Of a stretch of DNA of 64,000 nt, positions 37,616 through 51,500 are shown one piece after another. The notes below the pieces were generated by a model. The model was given only the letters and a program-made list of their open reading frames with translations, was not told the DNA's origin and made no database searches. The DNA comes from Harriotta raleighana. Lineage: Eukaryota. The position numbers were made by a program, and so were the translations under genes. The stretch covers positions 4,973,522 through 5,037,521 of the forward strand of contig JBNZDD010013693.1 in NCBI GenBank assembly GCA_050575255.1. Direction: 5' to 3'. The stretch's first letter is position 1, and every line of letters starts with the position of its first letter.

Positions 37616-39286
37616 TATAGTGTAGTGTTTGGGAATGAGCAAGTTATGGTTCTCTATATCTATATGGCTCAGCAGGTAAATAATTAGATTTCCTCCTGTC
37701 ACTGGCTCTTGAAATGGCCCACACAGCTGCACACTCCAAGCAGCTGCGCAATGAATAAAGTATTGAGAAGAAATAGTCCAGAAACGTGACCACATTATCC
37801 GAGGGACGCAGTGCTTGTCCTCGCATGAGAAGTGTCTAATGCTTTACAATAATAAGTTCCTCCAATTACCAAACTGAACTGAACCCCTGGAGTCACTTCT
37901 TTGGGGACTGGTACTGTCCTCTGTCTGACCAGGCTTCCAGCTTTTGCAACCATAATGGAATCATCTGTTGTTTAGACTCCAGTCCTCTGTAGAGACGTAG
38001 AAAACTACGAGCGCCCGGCATGTGGTGTGTGCATGTCATTTAATTGAATTCATGAGCACCAGTGATTTCAACATTTAAAGGCTATTAAAGATTTTGTTCG
38101 GTTCTATTACAAAGCTTTCTGGTGAATGGCAATCTTGGATGTTGTGCTGAAATTTCTTCCGATGCCTTCTCCTCCCACATGGATACTGTCCTTGCTCCTC
38201 TCCTCTAATATTTACAGGCTCACGCTCATTGATGGTATCTGTAGGCATGAGTTTAACTTGCACTATGTATGTGTTTGGCCTTCAGCCACCCTCCTACCAT
38301 TTCTGTCCTACACCCTCCCTAATTCCAACAGCCCCCACCCTACCCGCCACCCACAAGGGTCCTAATACCTGATTGTCCAAAGTCTTGGGACATACTCTCA
38401 ATGTCAAAGGTACTTTATAAATGTAATTTTGTTGTCAGGGTGGTCCAGCCTTTTGGCTGCTATGGGCCAGAGTCCCTATTTGAGAAAGATCCACAGGCTG
38501 CACAGCAATTTTTGTGTTACAGAAACATTACAATATTTACACAGCATCTTTTTCATGTTGAAAGGACACCTCGACTGGGCATCTGAGCTGGGCGTGGGAG
38601 CTGAGGGACATGGGAGGGGAAAACATGATCGAGGGCATGGCCAAAGAGTTAGGTCTTGAAGTGCCTTGAAAGAGGGGAGGGAGAAAGCACATCGGAGCGG
38701 GAGCAAAATGAAAATGTTGGAAAGATGGAGTGGGGGACATGGAGTGAGCTGGTGTTTTGCTTTGCAGTTTCTGGAGATCAGACTCGAGTATAATACAAAT
38801 GTGGAGTACGCATTCCTAAATCAGATTATTGTCACAATTTACAGGATTCATCATGAATGACAAATGTTATTATCATTTGTGCTTGTGTGTGTGTGTGTGT
38901 GCCCTTGTGTGTGTGTGATTTAACACTCAGTTTCAAAAGCAAAATACATGCGAGGGGTTTTGCCAGTTGTCACTGGCTTTGAGCTACTGAACAAGTGATG
39001 TCATGTTTGAGGTTGGAGACTGGAGCCCTGGAAAGTGAACAAATAATCCAGATTAGGTTTCCACCCATCGCAGGTCAGAGTAACATGAGAGCAGCCGGGG
39101 CAAGCCTCTTTACACTATCACTGTATATTCTCTTTTTGAAGGGTGTTGTGTGAGACATTTACTGTATTACTTTCCTTGTATGATTGATGGTATTTTTGTC
39201 TCTCTGGAAAAATCACAATGAAGTGCTACTAATAGTGATAAATATGGAAAGCATAATGTCTTTTTCTTTGCCCTTCCAATTGCTTT

Positions 39287-39622
39287 CTTCTGAGTAAAGG
39301 AACCAATTGTATAGCCAATTATTCAGTCCTCAGGATAGTGTGTGGGTACCAGATACTAACTCAGGAAATTCTTTCATGTGGCCCTTGATCATGGACAATG
39401 ATCAGCTGTAAGACCCTCAAGCCAAGCCCAATCATGGCCTCCTTTAAACAGAGGATCCAAGGATGTGGGGAGAGAGCACTAACCCTGTTGGGTGTTTCCT
39501 ACTTAGTTTTGAAGTCAATTGTTGTTCCAATGGCTGCCGGACTGTGATCAGCACAAATGTTATCATTATTACTACCCCGAGGACTGAATATTGGCTGTAC
39601 AATTGGTTCCTTTACTCAGAAG
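39287..39622. repeat. ~52-bp inverted repeat flanking ~230 bp
   Basis: cttctgagtaaaggaaccaattgtatagccaattattcagtcctcaggatagt versus the reverse complement of 39571-39622. Confidence 0.85.
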
Positions 39623-42600
39623 CCTACGTGGGGAAGATACTGGATTGTAATAATATATAATTTCTCTGTTAAATTGGGAACATTACTTCCGATTCTCCAT
39701 GTTCATTTGATGGAAACAACAATGACAACAACAAATAATTTTGGATGTTTTGTTTGTAAAACGCCTTTCACATCAGTGGGAATGTCCCGAGTGCTGGTCA
39801 GTCAGGGATCTGCATCTGAGCTGGTGGTTGGGATCAAGATGTATCCATGTACATATCAAGTGCTAACCTTTTTATAGAATATAATCCAATTTATCAAATA
39901 TTTGAACTGAACCCATCCCCATCCCTCCACCCCACACACACATACATACAAACACTAAGCAGTAAGTGGCAATCGGGCACTTTGTGAATCACTGCTGATT
40001 ACTGTCAGTAAACCAGTCAGTTTAGAAGAAGAAAGCTCTCACTGATTTTCGTGATAAAGTCCTACCCATTAAGGGGAAGGAGAGGAGTGGTAAAGTGTTT
40101 CCCCAAAGAAAAAATGGGGGAAAATAAAGTATCATTGTTAATACTCACTCGGGTTGGCTATGGTTTACAGTGGGGACTCTGGCCTGCACTTTTCATGATA
40201 TGACACCTCTATGATCTCTGTATGATTTGCTGTAACAGATCAACAGCTGTTGGGTGTGTGCTGCTGGAACTGATTAATGTTGACTCAAATCTTAAGCATC
40301 CTGTGCCTGCCATTCATTCCTGACATCCATCATGTTATAATGTTCATCACATTCTTTAATCAATTGGGATCATATGAGAAGCTATGAATTTTTGCCTCCG
40401 TATAAAAGCCAAATGTTATAACTAACATATGTGAACAACCATTTGCACCAAGGGTTAATCAAGTGTTAGCATGTTAGTTCAGTAAAATACTCTTGTACAT
40501 TTGACGGATTGATGGTAAAAACATCTCTATTACCAGTAATATTCAGTTCTCCTGGCTGCATTTGAAAACCCATTCATAAGTGTGATCCAAGAAAACGTCT
40601 TCACAACCCCTTCCACACACCAACTCTGAGACCAATTTCTGTCCTTTTGGGGCAGCTGTGCGTTTCCAGAGGGAGTTATTAGAAAGCAATCAGGAGTATC
40701 CAAGGTCAAACCAGGACCAAGGATCAAAACCTGGACCAGTTCAAAGGTTGGACCAGATCAGTGAGAGATTTCCTCCTGACTGACTGACTGTTTTACCAAT
40801 TGACAATGCAGTGAGCAGCAGTGATTCACAATGTGCCTGATTATGCAGAGCACACTACAGTGCTCATACTCACTAATCCATCAGAGAACTCTGATTTTTG
40901 AAAAAAGTGCTGTGACAGGAACATAGTTCATAACAGGGATGGCACTGAGAACTGAGTGCGGGGATCTAGATCAGTCAGACCACAGGAACATCATGTCAAC
41001 ACGAACAAAGTCATTAATCTGACATTGCTAGTTGGTAGCACTCGCCCTTCTGAGTCAGAAGATTGTGAGTTTATGCATAATATCTAGACTTGGAACTCAT
41101 AGTCTAGGCCAATGGTGGCCAAGAACAGTAACAACAAAAACATTATATTTGTATAAAGACATTCATATCGGGTGGATGTACCAAAGTGCTAGGCAGCGGG
41201 GATTTAGACCTTAGCTGATGCATGGAACCAGGAGGGTTGGGAGGGTAGGGTAGGTATAGGAGGGTAAATGATTGGCAAATAACATCTGTTTTTGATTACT
41301 TCTTGATTAATCCGAGGTGGTCCAAGCTTTTGGCTGCCGAGGGTCGAATTCCGTATTTGAGGAAGATCCGCAGGCCACATAGCAATATTTTGTGTTTTCC
41401 TTCCATATATTTCCATGGTGTCTTTTTCATGTTGGAAGGATACTTTGTCTGGGCATCTGAGCTGATGGTGGGAGCCAGAGGAGATTTGTTGGGGAGCGGA
41501 AAGATGATCAAAAGTGTGGTCAAGCAGTTAGGTCCTCACGTGCTTTGAAAAAGGGAAGGGAGTGAACACGTTGGAGGGACTCCATTAATAGAGCTGGGCA
41601 AAATGGTGATAGTGAGATAAATGGGTTGGGTGAACATGAAGCAATCTGGTGTTTGCTCTGCACAGGGTATGGGCAGGTTGGAAGGTTGTAGAGCCAGGGT
41701 GGGGAGGGGAAGGGTGGGTGGAATGAAGGACACAGGGAAGTTTTTCCTCTGGGGAAAGAGGGAGATTTCTATGTGGAAACTGCACAGCCTGATGAGAAGA
41801 CAGAGAAAGCCTTGATTACAAATGGATAGAATGTCATTGGCAACTTTAACCAAGGCTGTATCTGTATTGTGAGCAGTACGGAAACCAGATTAGAGAAGTC
41901 TGAGATGGCTTTATCAGTGACGGTGATGTCTGAGATGGTGAGGCCCTGGGTAATAACTCCTGGAATGAATTGGATACTGTAGAGGGACAAGCTCCCTGAA
42001 AATTACACTCTGTAACACTGACAACAATTAAATAAGATGTGGGAATACATTTTTAATTCAGTTATATTGATTGCTTGTTTTGGTGGATGTTAAACATCTC
42101 ATTGCTCTGTTTGAAAAGAAAAAGGAGGTTCTCCTTGACCCAATATATCCACCAAATAAAATTGGTCATTCACTTCATAGCTGTTTGAGGGAAATTATTT
42201 CGTGCAATTCACTGTCACATTCACCCACAAAACACACAGTCACAACACTATACCTGTGAAGAGCTTTGAAACTCACGTCATCCCAATGTGAAAGACGCTT
42301 TATTACCAGTAAGATAAGATGCACATTAAATTCAAGGATAACTATTTATCTTGGCTAAAGCATGAATTGTAACTGTTTGCATAATAATTATTATCCCTTT
42401 GTAGCCTCAAGGTTTGTTTTGTAAACTCTGTGGCTGATTAATTCCAGTGAATAGCTAAAACAGCTGAAGACAATCCTGGTGATGTACAGAGCAACTAAAC
42501 TGATTGGGGGAAAGAGAGTTCGTAGGAAGGATTTCATCCACGAAACAGAGACACAGTATGTCACCCAACACATGGTGTATGAAATCACCCAACAGTCAAC

Positions 42601-43534
42601 AGATGCACATGAGAAGAAAGGCCAGCAGTTCGAATACATAGTACTCATTCTCCATGATGGAGACGTAACTATTCAAAGCATGAAGCTGGTAGGAAGGGGA
42701 ATGAAATTGCACAGAAATGGAATTCTACACCAAGAGAAAAAAATCAATTGAGATATTCTTAAAGGGGCACCGTCATCATGACCCAAAGTATTTGGCTTTC
42801 CTTGCTTTTGTGGAGGAGAGTGGCAATGGATGAAGTGATGCGATTTATGTTTTTGTTGTTTGTAATAAAAGCCAGGAAAAATCTTTCTCATTCAGGCGTT
42901 AACACAAAAGTGCTCACTTTTGTATCCTTTTTTGCTTCTAAAGTTGTTAACTTTAATGTTTAAAGTGTGTCATCTCTTAAGCCTGAAGAATCCTACTAAT
43001 AAACTGAGTTACCTCACACACCCCCACACAACTCTGGAGCACAGGTCGGACAGGTTGAAGGAAATTATGAATCCATGAAACTGGTTAAAAAATATTGCAA
43101 ACTATTTTGTTTTACCCACAAAATATACAGCCAATTTGCTTTACAGTATATTCTGTGAAGCTCTTTGAGGTGTCTCGAAGACTTGATAAGACGCTATATC
43201 AAATGCGAAGGTTATTATTATTAATGAGCATTTCACTTTCAGTTACTTTACATATTACATTGCAAGTGCTACTGAAACACTGACGTACAGTGAGCTAGTG
43301 AGTGGCTGAAACAGCTGAACTAACCCCAGTTGACGACTTACTACTGTTTGATGGTGACGAGAGGGGCATTTGACAGTGGGCTGAGTGAAGATCTGAGGCC
43401 CTTCAGAAATAGGGACAAGCAGACAATCTGTGAGCTGCCTGGAATTATTCCATTTTTATTCTAATTTTAAACTTTAAAGAAGTTTGCTTTGTGTGTGTTC
43501 TACAACCATCACTTATGGTCAGTTGTGTGTGTGC

Positions 43535-43820
43535 TCCTGTAGCTCATTGGTTAGAGAACTCACCTTACAAGCGTGAGACTTGGCAGATCAGGGCGAAACC
43601 TTGGGCAAGTTTCCTTACTCCACAAGCCTGATAATAATCTATCAAAAAAAAACACAATAGTAAAATTGGTCATTTCAATCCACAACTGTTTGCGATTGGC
43701 TGCCGTGTTTCGCCCACAAATATACAGTTAATTCACTTTACAGTAGATTCTGTTAAGTGATTTGAGATGTCGATAAGATGTGAAAAGCGCTATATCAAAT
43801 GCAAGGATTATTATTATTAT
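43535..43820 (+). mobile_element. tRNA/Deu SINE
   Basis: Head-to-tail match. Confidence 0.88.
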
Positions 43821-44509
43821 AACAAAGTGTGAGAATCACCTTCTGATCTGAGTGTCGACTAATTTGAAGTAAAGTGCAATTTCACTACAGATTTGGATTT
43901 AATTTGTGACGGAGACACCTCTTATCAAATAAAGGCAATTTGCTGAGTAATTGGGATAGAGAGCGAGGAAGAGCGAAGATCTGGTGGTGAAGACAGTTTT
44001 AATACAATATTGTTGTTTTCGCTTCGATGAAATTATTAGAAAATGATCAGATGTATTTCAATAATAATAATGATAATAATAATCCTTGCATTTGGGTATA
44101 GCGCTTTTCACATCTTCTAGATGTCTCAAAGTGCTTCACAGAATATACTGCAATCCCAAGTGTGTGGTTGAGCTGTGCAACGTAAAGTCCAACATGAGTC
44201 GATCTGATGTAGAATATTTTACTGGAGAATGATGAATACTGGTATTCACTGGATTGAATGCAGCCAGCTGTCTATTGCAAAACGCGTCAACTTGCCTGAG
44301 CCTGTGCGGAGTATATTTAGCCCTGTGAATGCGGGCAGCCTCACACTCGCACTCACACTCAGTAAGGAAGTTTCTAGGAAAATATTTCATTTTATTTTAG
44401 AAGCTGGCTTTAAACAAAATGATATTGTCTATTTCTGAAGGGCATCGGAAAGTCCAGGGCAACAGCACAGTCTGACCCACCGGCCCTGGACCCATTCGCA
44501 GTACATTGT

Positions 44510-44810
44510 GGAGCTTCTGGTAGCTCAGTGGTTAGAGCACTTGCCTTACAAGCGAGAGACCTGGGTTCGATTCCGGGCAGGGCGAAACCTTGGGCTAATT
44601 TCCTTACTCCACACGCCTGATAACAATCTCTCACAAAAGCACAGCAATAAATTGGTCATTTCAATCCACGACTGTTTGTGGGACGCTGCTCCGGTTCGCC
44701 CACAAATATACAGTCAATTCACCTGACAGTATATTCTGTGAAGCGCTTTGAGACGTCTAGAAGACATGAAAAGTACAATATCACAGCAAGAATTATTATT
44801 AGTATTATTA
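44510..44810 (+). mobile_element. tRNA/Deu SINE with near-consensus Pol III boxes
   Basis: tagctcagtggttagagcacttgccttacaagcgagagacctgggttcgattcc head. Confidence 0.9.
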
Positions 44811-46644
44811 TGTTATTATCTTAGTACAGTCAAGGCCAAAAGCAAGTTCTTCAGGTGTGCAAAGGACAGGAAAACAATTGGAAGGCTTGGGTTACAGGAA
44901 ACTCTGGTGTGATCTCTCACAGGCACCAAATGCTCCTGCCCCGAAATGACCCCACCACATAGCATTAGGACAGGACACTTCACTGGGACACCGCTGTCTG
45001 TGCGCAATCAGCTGCCGGGTCTGGCCTACAAAATATACAGTCAGTTCACTTATATTCTGTAAAGTGCTTTGAGACGTCTCTAAAGCGTGATATGAAATGT
45101 AAGAGTTATTATTAAAATAATCAATATTATAATAATGTGTACAACACTTTACATTATCATGTACACATTGTTATACATAAGTTAATCACTGATTGTAGAC
45201 GTAATATAGGTTCTCATCTTGAATAGATTTCTGATTGCTTGATTGCTGCTCGCACTTTGAGCCTCTTTTGCTGAATGGAACTATACCAATGCAAGTTGTT
45301 TCATTCCTCCCTCACGACTCACCTCTGCTTGAACCATGCATCATGCTTTCTGCCAGAGTTTGAATTCTTTGCCCTCTTTTTCAGTCACCTTTCTCCTTCC
45401 CTACCCGCCCTCAGCTCTCATCCTCAGCTCAGGTGCGCTGGTATACATGTAAATTGTACTTTATTCATTTTGCATTCATTTTCCTGCTTAAACATCTGCC
45501 AGGCAAATTCACAAAAACCCGAGCAGCTCCCGCTCCCAGACCCCACCACATACACACACACATCTGCTTATTCCCCTCGGATGATTTCTTCATCAAATAA
45601 CTTGGATATCTTGGTTTGCGCAAGTGAGAGGCATGGCATCCTTGACAACGCAACACTCCCCCCAACACTGAGTTGGACTATTGGAGCTTGAACTTCTCAA
45701 AGCTGTGCTTGAACTCACAACTTTCTTGATGTAAAGGTGAGAATGTTACCACCTGAGCCAGGCTCACACCTGAGATAAACATTGAGACATTAGACGTCAG
45801 TATGGCCAAAACATCCACGTGAGTCGACAGTTACAGGAGGAAGAGCTGAGCCTGGAAGGGCCTGGGTTACAATCTCCTGTATTCTGATTCTGATGTCGAC
45901 TGAACGCCCCGTGGTGTTGAGTGCTGGACACACAGATTGCAGGTGGTTCTTATGTTCTTACGCTGAGAGCGAACGCTCTCTGTGCAGAGCATCAAAGGTA
46001 GACGTCATATTGCCCTCGTCTGTCAGAGAGATCAGGCCTGGATCGTCACCAACACAGGGAGAGGCTGAGCGGAATTTGAATTTGACATTGCATAACAGCT
46101 GTGGCCACAAATAGTTAGCATCAAAGCTTCCTGTGAGTCAGGCTGACAATGTTGCCAGAGCAAGAGTGCCTTACACATCACTGGGTGGGGTGGAGTGGTA
46201 TAGGGCAGGGCTCGGCAGCATTGGGCAGGGCTGGGCTTGTCAGAGAACTTCATGGAATTATAAATGTAAAGTAAATTAAATGTGGGCGAAATACAGTCAC
46301 TACACTATGCCAAATACTTTATGAAATTTCACCCACAAAGTATATACAGTCAATTCACTTTACACTATGTTCGGTAAAGCGCTTTGAGACATCTCAAAAA
46401 CGTGATAAGGCGCTACATTAAATGCATGGATTATTATCAATACGTTACAGTGGATTCTGTGAAGCACTTTGACAAGTTTCAATGATGTAATAAGGCAGTG
46501 GATAAAATGAATCCTCACATAAGAGCTATTTGTATTAATTCTCAAGTCTGATTATTCTATTAACGATGTAATTCAGTGAATATTTTAACATGAACTACAC
46601 ATTAATTTACACAAGATTGACCAATTTTGCCACATCTGGTATTA

Positions 46645-46658
46645 CCACTAGATGGCAG
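46645..46658 (+). promoter_or_regulatory. Candidate CTCF site CCACTAGATGGCAG
   Basis: Fits the CTCF core consensus CCACYAGRKGGCRS and lies in unique sequence. Confidence 0.55.
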
Positions 46659-47236
46659 CCAATCAGCTCAGGGACCCGAGAGCAAGCTACAAGCTCTGGA
46701 CTCTATGTACATGACCTTATTTAAATACACGACTGTCTGAATCCCCACCTCATTTTATTATTCTCTTTGTTCTCAGACAGAAGTAAAGCAACAAGCGTCT
46801 CGCCTGCAGCAAAATAACCTAGAATCACCCAGTGACATCAGTTCAAAGAAATGTTCAAAGTTATTTGGGGTTGGTCAGGCCAGTGTCTGATATGTGCAGA
46901 AACTTAAGAGTATGCATACTAAACTGTGTATGCCACCTACACATGGAAATTTCCATGTCTGATCCAATTCCATTGAATTTGAGGTATTGGTTTGCAAACG
47001 TCAGTGCTTGGAGCCCAACTAAAACTTCATGCCTTGCCATTGACAGCACAAACTGACAAGCTTCCTGCTGCTTGCCCAGCTCGAACTGCACTATGCATTA
47101 GCTTGCAGAGACACTGTCTGGAAGAATACATACTCCCAATGATTGGTCTAAGTTCTGCTGTTGGGACAAATTGGCTGAACCGTGGAACCTGCCTGGCTCA
47201 GGAATTGGGATACCGAAAAAACGAAGGGAGTGCCTT

Positions 47237-47946
47237 CAATCAATCAATCCATCCATCCATCCATCCATCCATCCATCAATCCATTTATATAGCACCTTTC
47301 ACGTCAAGAGGACGTCCCAAGGCGCTTAACAGTCAAGTAGGAATCAGAGCAGGGGGGGAGAGGTCGGGGGAAGGAAAGTAGGAAAATTGACTGTATATTT
47401 GTGGGCGGAACGCGGCAGCCAAATTGCGTCCAGCAGTGTCCCACAAAGAGTCATGGAATTGGGGTTAGGGGAGAAAAGGGGAAAATATGGCAAGGGAAGG
47501 GGTCAGAGTAGGGGGAAGGAGAACAGGAAAAACCGACCATATACTTGTGGGCGAAAACGCGACAGCCAAATTGCACACAGCAGTGTCCCACAAACAGTCG
47601 TGGAAGTGGGGCCAGGGGAGAAAGGGGGATAAGAGGGTAAGGGGGGAGAGGGAGGGAAAGGTGGAGTGGGGCAAAGACAGGGAGGAAGAGGGGGGAGAAG
47701 GGGGGGCAAGGGAGGCAAGGGGGAAGAGGAAGGGAAAGGTGGGTGAGGGGCAATATCAGGGAGAAATGGGGAGAAAGGGGGGTAAGAGGGAAGAGGGAGG
47801 GAAGGGGGAAAAGGGGGAGAGAAAGGGGGGAAAGGGAGGGAAGAAGAAGAAAAGGGGGGGAAAGGTTAGGAGGGATTAAACAACAACAGCAAACACCAAA
47901 TCAACAATAATAAACAAAAAGAGCAACAACAACAGCAAAAGAAAAA
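47237..47946 (-). mobile_element. 5'-truncated copy of the composite element (lacks the H2B part)
   Basis: Same diagnostic junction cagtcaagtaggaatcagagc...ggaaggaaagtaggaaaa, tandem Deu cores, purine tract and (CAA)n. Confidence 0.8.
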
Positions 47947-48283
47947 GTGTCCTGGGCAACAATTCCCCAAATAATATTGGGCATTAATTTCAAGGCCGCT
48001 TGTGGGATGGTACCGTGTGCAGATCGGCTACCTTGTTCATCTACAAAGTACATCATCATCGCTCTGAAAGTTGAATCAGAAACGGAGGTGGTACCATTAA
48101 ATCTAACTCTAATTTTGTTTGATTACATGTACGGAAAGAAATAGCAATTTAAGTAAATTTAATCAATGAAGCATTTCAAAATGAGAAGCCCGCACAGTGT
48201 TCAAATGTTAATATGAATTGAGAATCTGCAATGTTTATCACAGGCCTTGAAGTACAGAACCGCATTGATTTACAAAGAATATA

Positions 48284-48511
48284 TTGGCAGTCCTCAAGTT
48301 ACGACGTTCCGAGGTACAACAATTCGAAGTTGCGATGCTTAATATCGGTAAAATTACGTCCGAGTTACATCCAAAGTCTCGACGTTACGACACTACAACC
48401 AATCATTGTATGTTACTGTAAGCATTGTAGGGGGGTGACTCGACTTACATACAAATTCGACTTATACCACATCTCAGGAACCTAACACTGACGTAACTTT
48501 TGGACTGCCTG
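48284..48511. mobile_element. Tigger/mariner-type MITE
   Basis: Imperfect TIRs ggcagtcctcaagttacg and cgtaacttttggactgcctg, flanked by TA. Internal cgacttac repeats are typical of Tigger derivatives. Confidence 0.7.
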
Positions 48512-51500
48512 TATTTTATTTAGCATCTGCATAAATGATTTGGAGCTTGGCACCAGTGACTAAATTTGCAGATGACATAAAACTAATGCAGGTAATGCAT
48601 TGCAAAGATGAATAGGATAGGTTACAGAAAGACTTGAACATACTTGAGTGTTGGGCGGATTGATGGCAGATGAAATTCAATGTAGACAAATGCAAGAGTT
48701 TCACATGGGGACAGAAAAATCCAGGAAGGAACATTAGTTCAATGGAAATAAAATAATTATACAGAAAATGAAAAGGAGATAAGCATCCTGACTGACCATA
48801 CATTGTAGCTATCGCAACAGTGCTCATTAGGAATGAGGAAGGCAAACCCGATCCAAAATGCCAAATACAGCAGGTGCTGGAAATCTGAAATACAAACAGA
48901 AATCATTGGGAACACTGAGCAGGTCAGGCAGCATCTATGGAGAAAGGAAATGCGAGTCAAAGTTTCGGGGTCCATGACCCTTTGTCAGAACACATTGCCC
49001 AACCCCGCCGAGGGTCGTGAAACCCGAAACGTTGACTGTTGGTCTTCTTCCATCTAGCAATTCTTATGTTCTATGTGCGTGAGCAAGAACTCTCCTTGTA
49101 CACCTTTGTGTACAAATATGTGCATGTCTGGGTAACTGAGACATGTCACTTAATTCTTTCACACTTCCAAAGAAATCGCAGCACTGACCAAAGTCACTTC
49201 ATCACCAGAGCCTGTGAATCAACATGTCAGAGTGGGCGTGTAGAATAGATCAAAAGAAAATGGTTTGAAAGCAAGATTTGAAGGTGATTGCTATTTAGGA
49301 TGCAAGCCAGAGAAACAAATGTGCTTGCTGCGGGATCTTTGGGAACACAAATGCAAATAAAAGAACCACGGTAATGTATTCGGAGACCGTATCATCGTCA
49401 GTTTATGCAAAGTTAACATATTCATGCTCAAGACGTCGGATGGATTTGCAATTTTGAAACTCTATATGAGAGCTGTGCTCTCATATAATANGACCGTATC
49501 ATCGTCAGTTTATGCAAAGTTAACATATTCATGCTCAAGACATCGGATGGATTTGCAATTTTGAAACTCTATATGAGAGCTGTGCTCTCATATAATATCC
49601 AATTTCTGATCTAATTTGTCAATTACATTCATGCCTGTTCCTCCTGATCAGCACGTCCTTGAATTTAGTGGGTTAAAGAGGGGATGGCATTTCTTCTTAC
49701 AAGACTCCAAACACTAAAACATATTTGATCATGGGGTGCGAAACTCATTAAGCGCTGTTTACACATGTAGCCTTTGTTGACAGAATGTCTGTTTTTATAC
49801 ATGAATGAGCCAGATTTTATTCTGATTTTCAGCCTGTGACAGGCCTGGGGAATGAATTGAATGGACAATCCTTATTATGTACTTCTTATTCAAGGAAGTA
49901 ATTAATGAGGGGATAGAAATGCTTTTTGTTACATTTCCTTTCGCAAGAAAAAAAATTGAGAAAATGAACTGGGAAAATCGCTCGATTGGTTAGAGCTGTG
50001 ACACCTCTCAAATAAATAAACATTGTCCACTCCAAACTTGACAATGGGGCCTAGTAGAAACACAAAGGGAAATCTAGTCATAGAAAATGAAGGTTTGGCA
50101 GAGTTGCTTAATGAATGCTTCACCTCCGTTTTTACAGAAAAAAACTGTTAATGAGACACTGGGTGTACAAGAGGATGTGCGGCAATTGGGAGGGAGAGCT
50201 ATAGAGACGGAAGTGCAGCTAAAGAAATTGATTGAACTCAAAAGAGTTCAAGTCACTGGGGCCTCAGTGGCAGCACCTGAGAGTGTTGAGGGAAGTCAGG
50301 AAACAGTCAGACTTGGTTCAGGAGACTGGAGGGCAACTAATGTAACCTCTCTGTTTAAGAATTGGGATTGCAATCAGGCAAGTAATTATAGAGCAGTTGC
50401 CAAGTCCAGAGTTGCAGCTGGAGGAGGAGAAGTAAATTTGTGAATCATCCTCACACATGTGGAGGTCTATCCAGGTGACATGGCCAAGAGGGAGCATATA
50501 GATGAGGAAGACGAGGGGGCCAAGGATGGAGCCCTGGCATACACCATAGTGACCGGATGGTGGACAGGAGGTGAAATCATTTGAAGAGATAACATGAAGG
50601 TGGTTTGTTAGGTGGGATCTGAGCCAGGTGACGCGATCTCACTTAGGTGGATGTGGGAGCAGGAAACTAGATCTTAAAACCATGTTCACCAGATCCAATA
50701 AATTAAAGACTCAAATAACCTGCATTTGCCTGGAAATTCTAAACTAAATAACATATGTAACATTAGCACAAAACTGCAATCCTATCATTTATGGTCCCAG
50801 TGATTCACTGTGAATGCTGATGGAAAGGCTAATTGCTGAAACTCAATTATTGGCTGGGAATTATAAGATCATAAGCAAGGACAGTTCAGTTACCATCCTC
50901 GCATGGCAGAATCAATTGGCTTCTTAAAGGAGTCCAGTGTCCTGGCCTTAATCATCCTTCTTGGTAACCTGTTCCAGCTGTTCATCACCCCTCTGGGTAA
51001 ACACAGACATTTTTTAGCTTTACGACTTTAAACTTGTTGCCTATTGTTCTGCTGCCCTGAAAGTGAAATCAGGAGATCTTTGATTGAGAGAGCTGAGCAA
51101 TCTATGATTATATTTTAGAAATGAAAGTGCAGAACAAATCATTGAGTTTCAGTAAATAATAAAAACAAGAATAAATTGGTCATTTTAATTCCACGGCTGT
51201 TTGTGGGACACTGCTGTGAGCAATTGGCTACAGGATTTTGCCCAGAAACACCCAATCAATTTGCTTTACAATATACTCTGTGAAGCACATTGGGACATCT
51301 AGAAGACGTGAAAAGTGCTATGTCAAATGCAAGGATTATTATTATTACTGTAATTGTATTTGCCAAGACAATGTTGGATAGCAATACACTATGACATGAA
51401 AACCTCTGTGGATATGAGTGCTTGTAAGTTTCTGAATGGTAGCAGTGTGTGGTTGTTTGAATAATTTATAAATTATAAAAATAAATTTTCATTTGCATTT

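Noticed and set aside
42460-42870. 90-aa ORF in unique-looking DNA
   Set aside because: No recognisable domain or convincing splice signals.
44510-44585. tRNA-Val(TAC)-like sequences (also at 16053, 31208, 56460 and others)
   Set aside because: They lack a proper acceptor stem and continue directly into the SINE body and tail, so they are SINE heads rather than tRNA genes.
49385-49597. 106-nt direct repeat either side of a single N (49491)
   Set aside because: The copies differ by one base and abut an N, which indicates an unmerged contig/haplotype overlap rather than biology.
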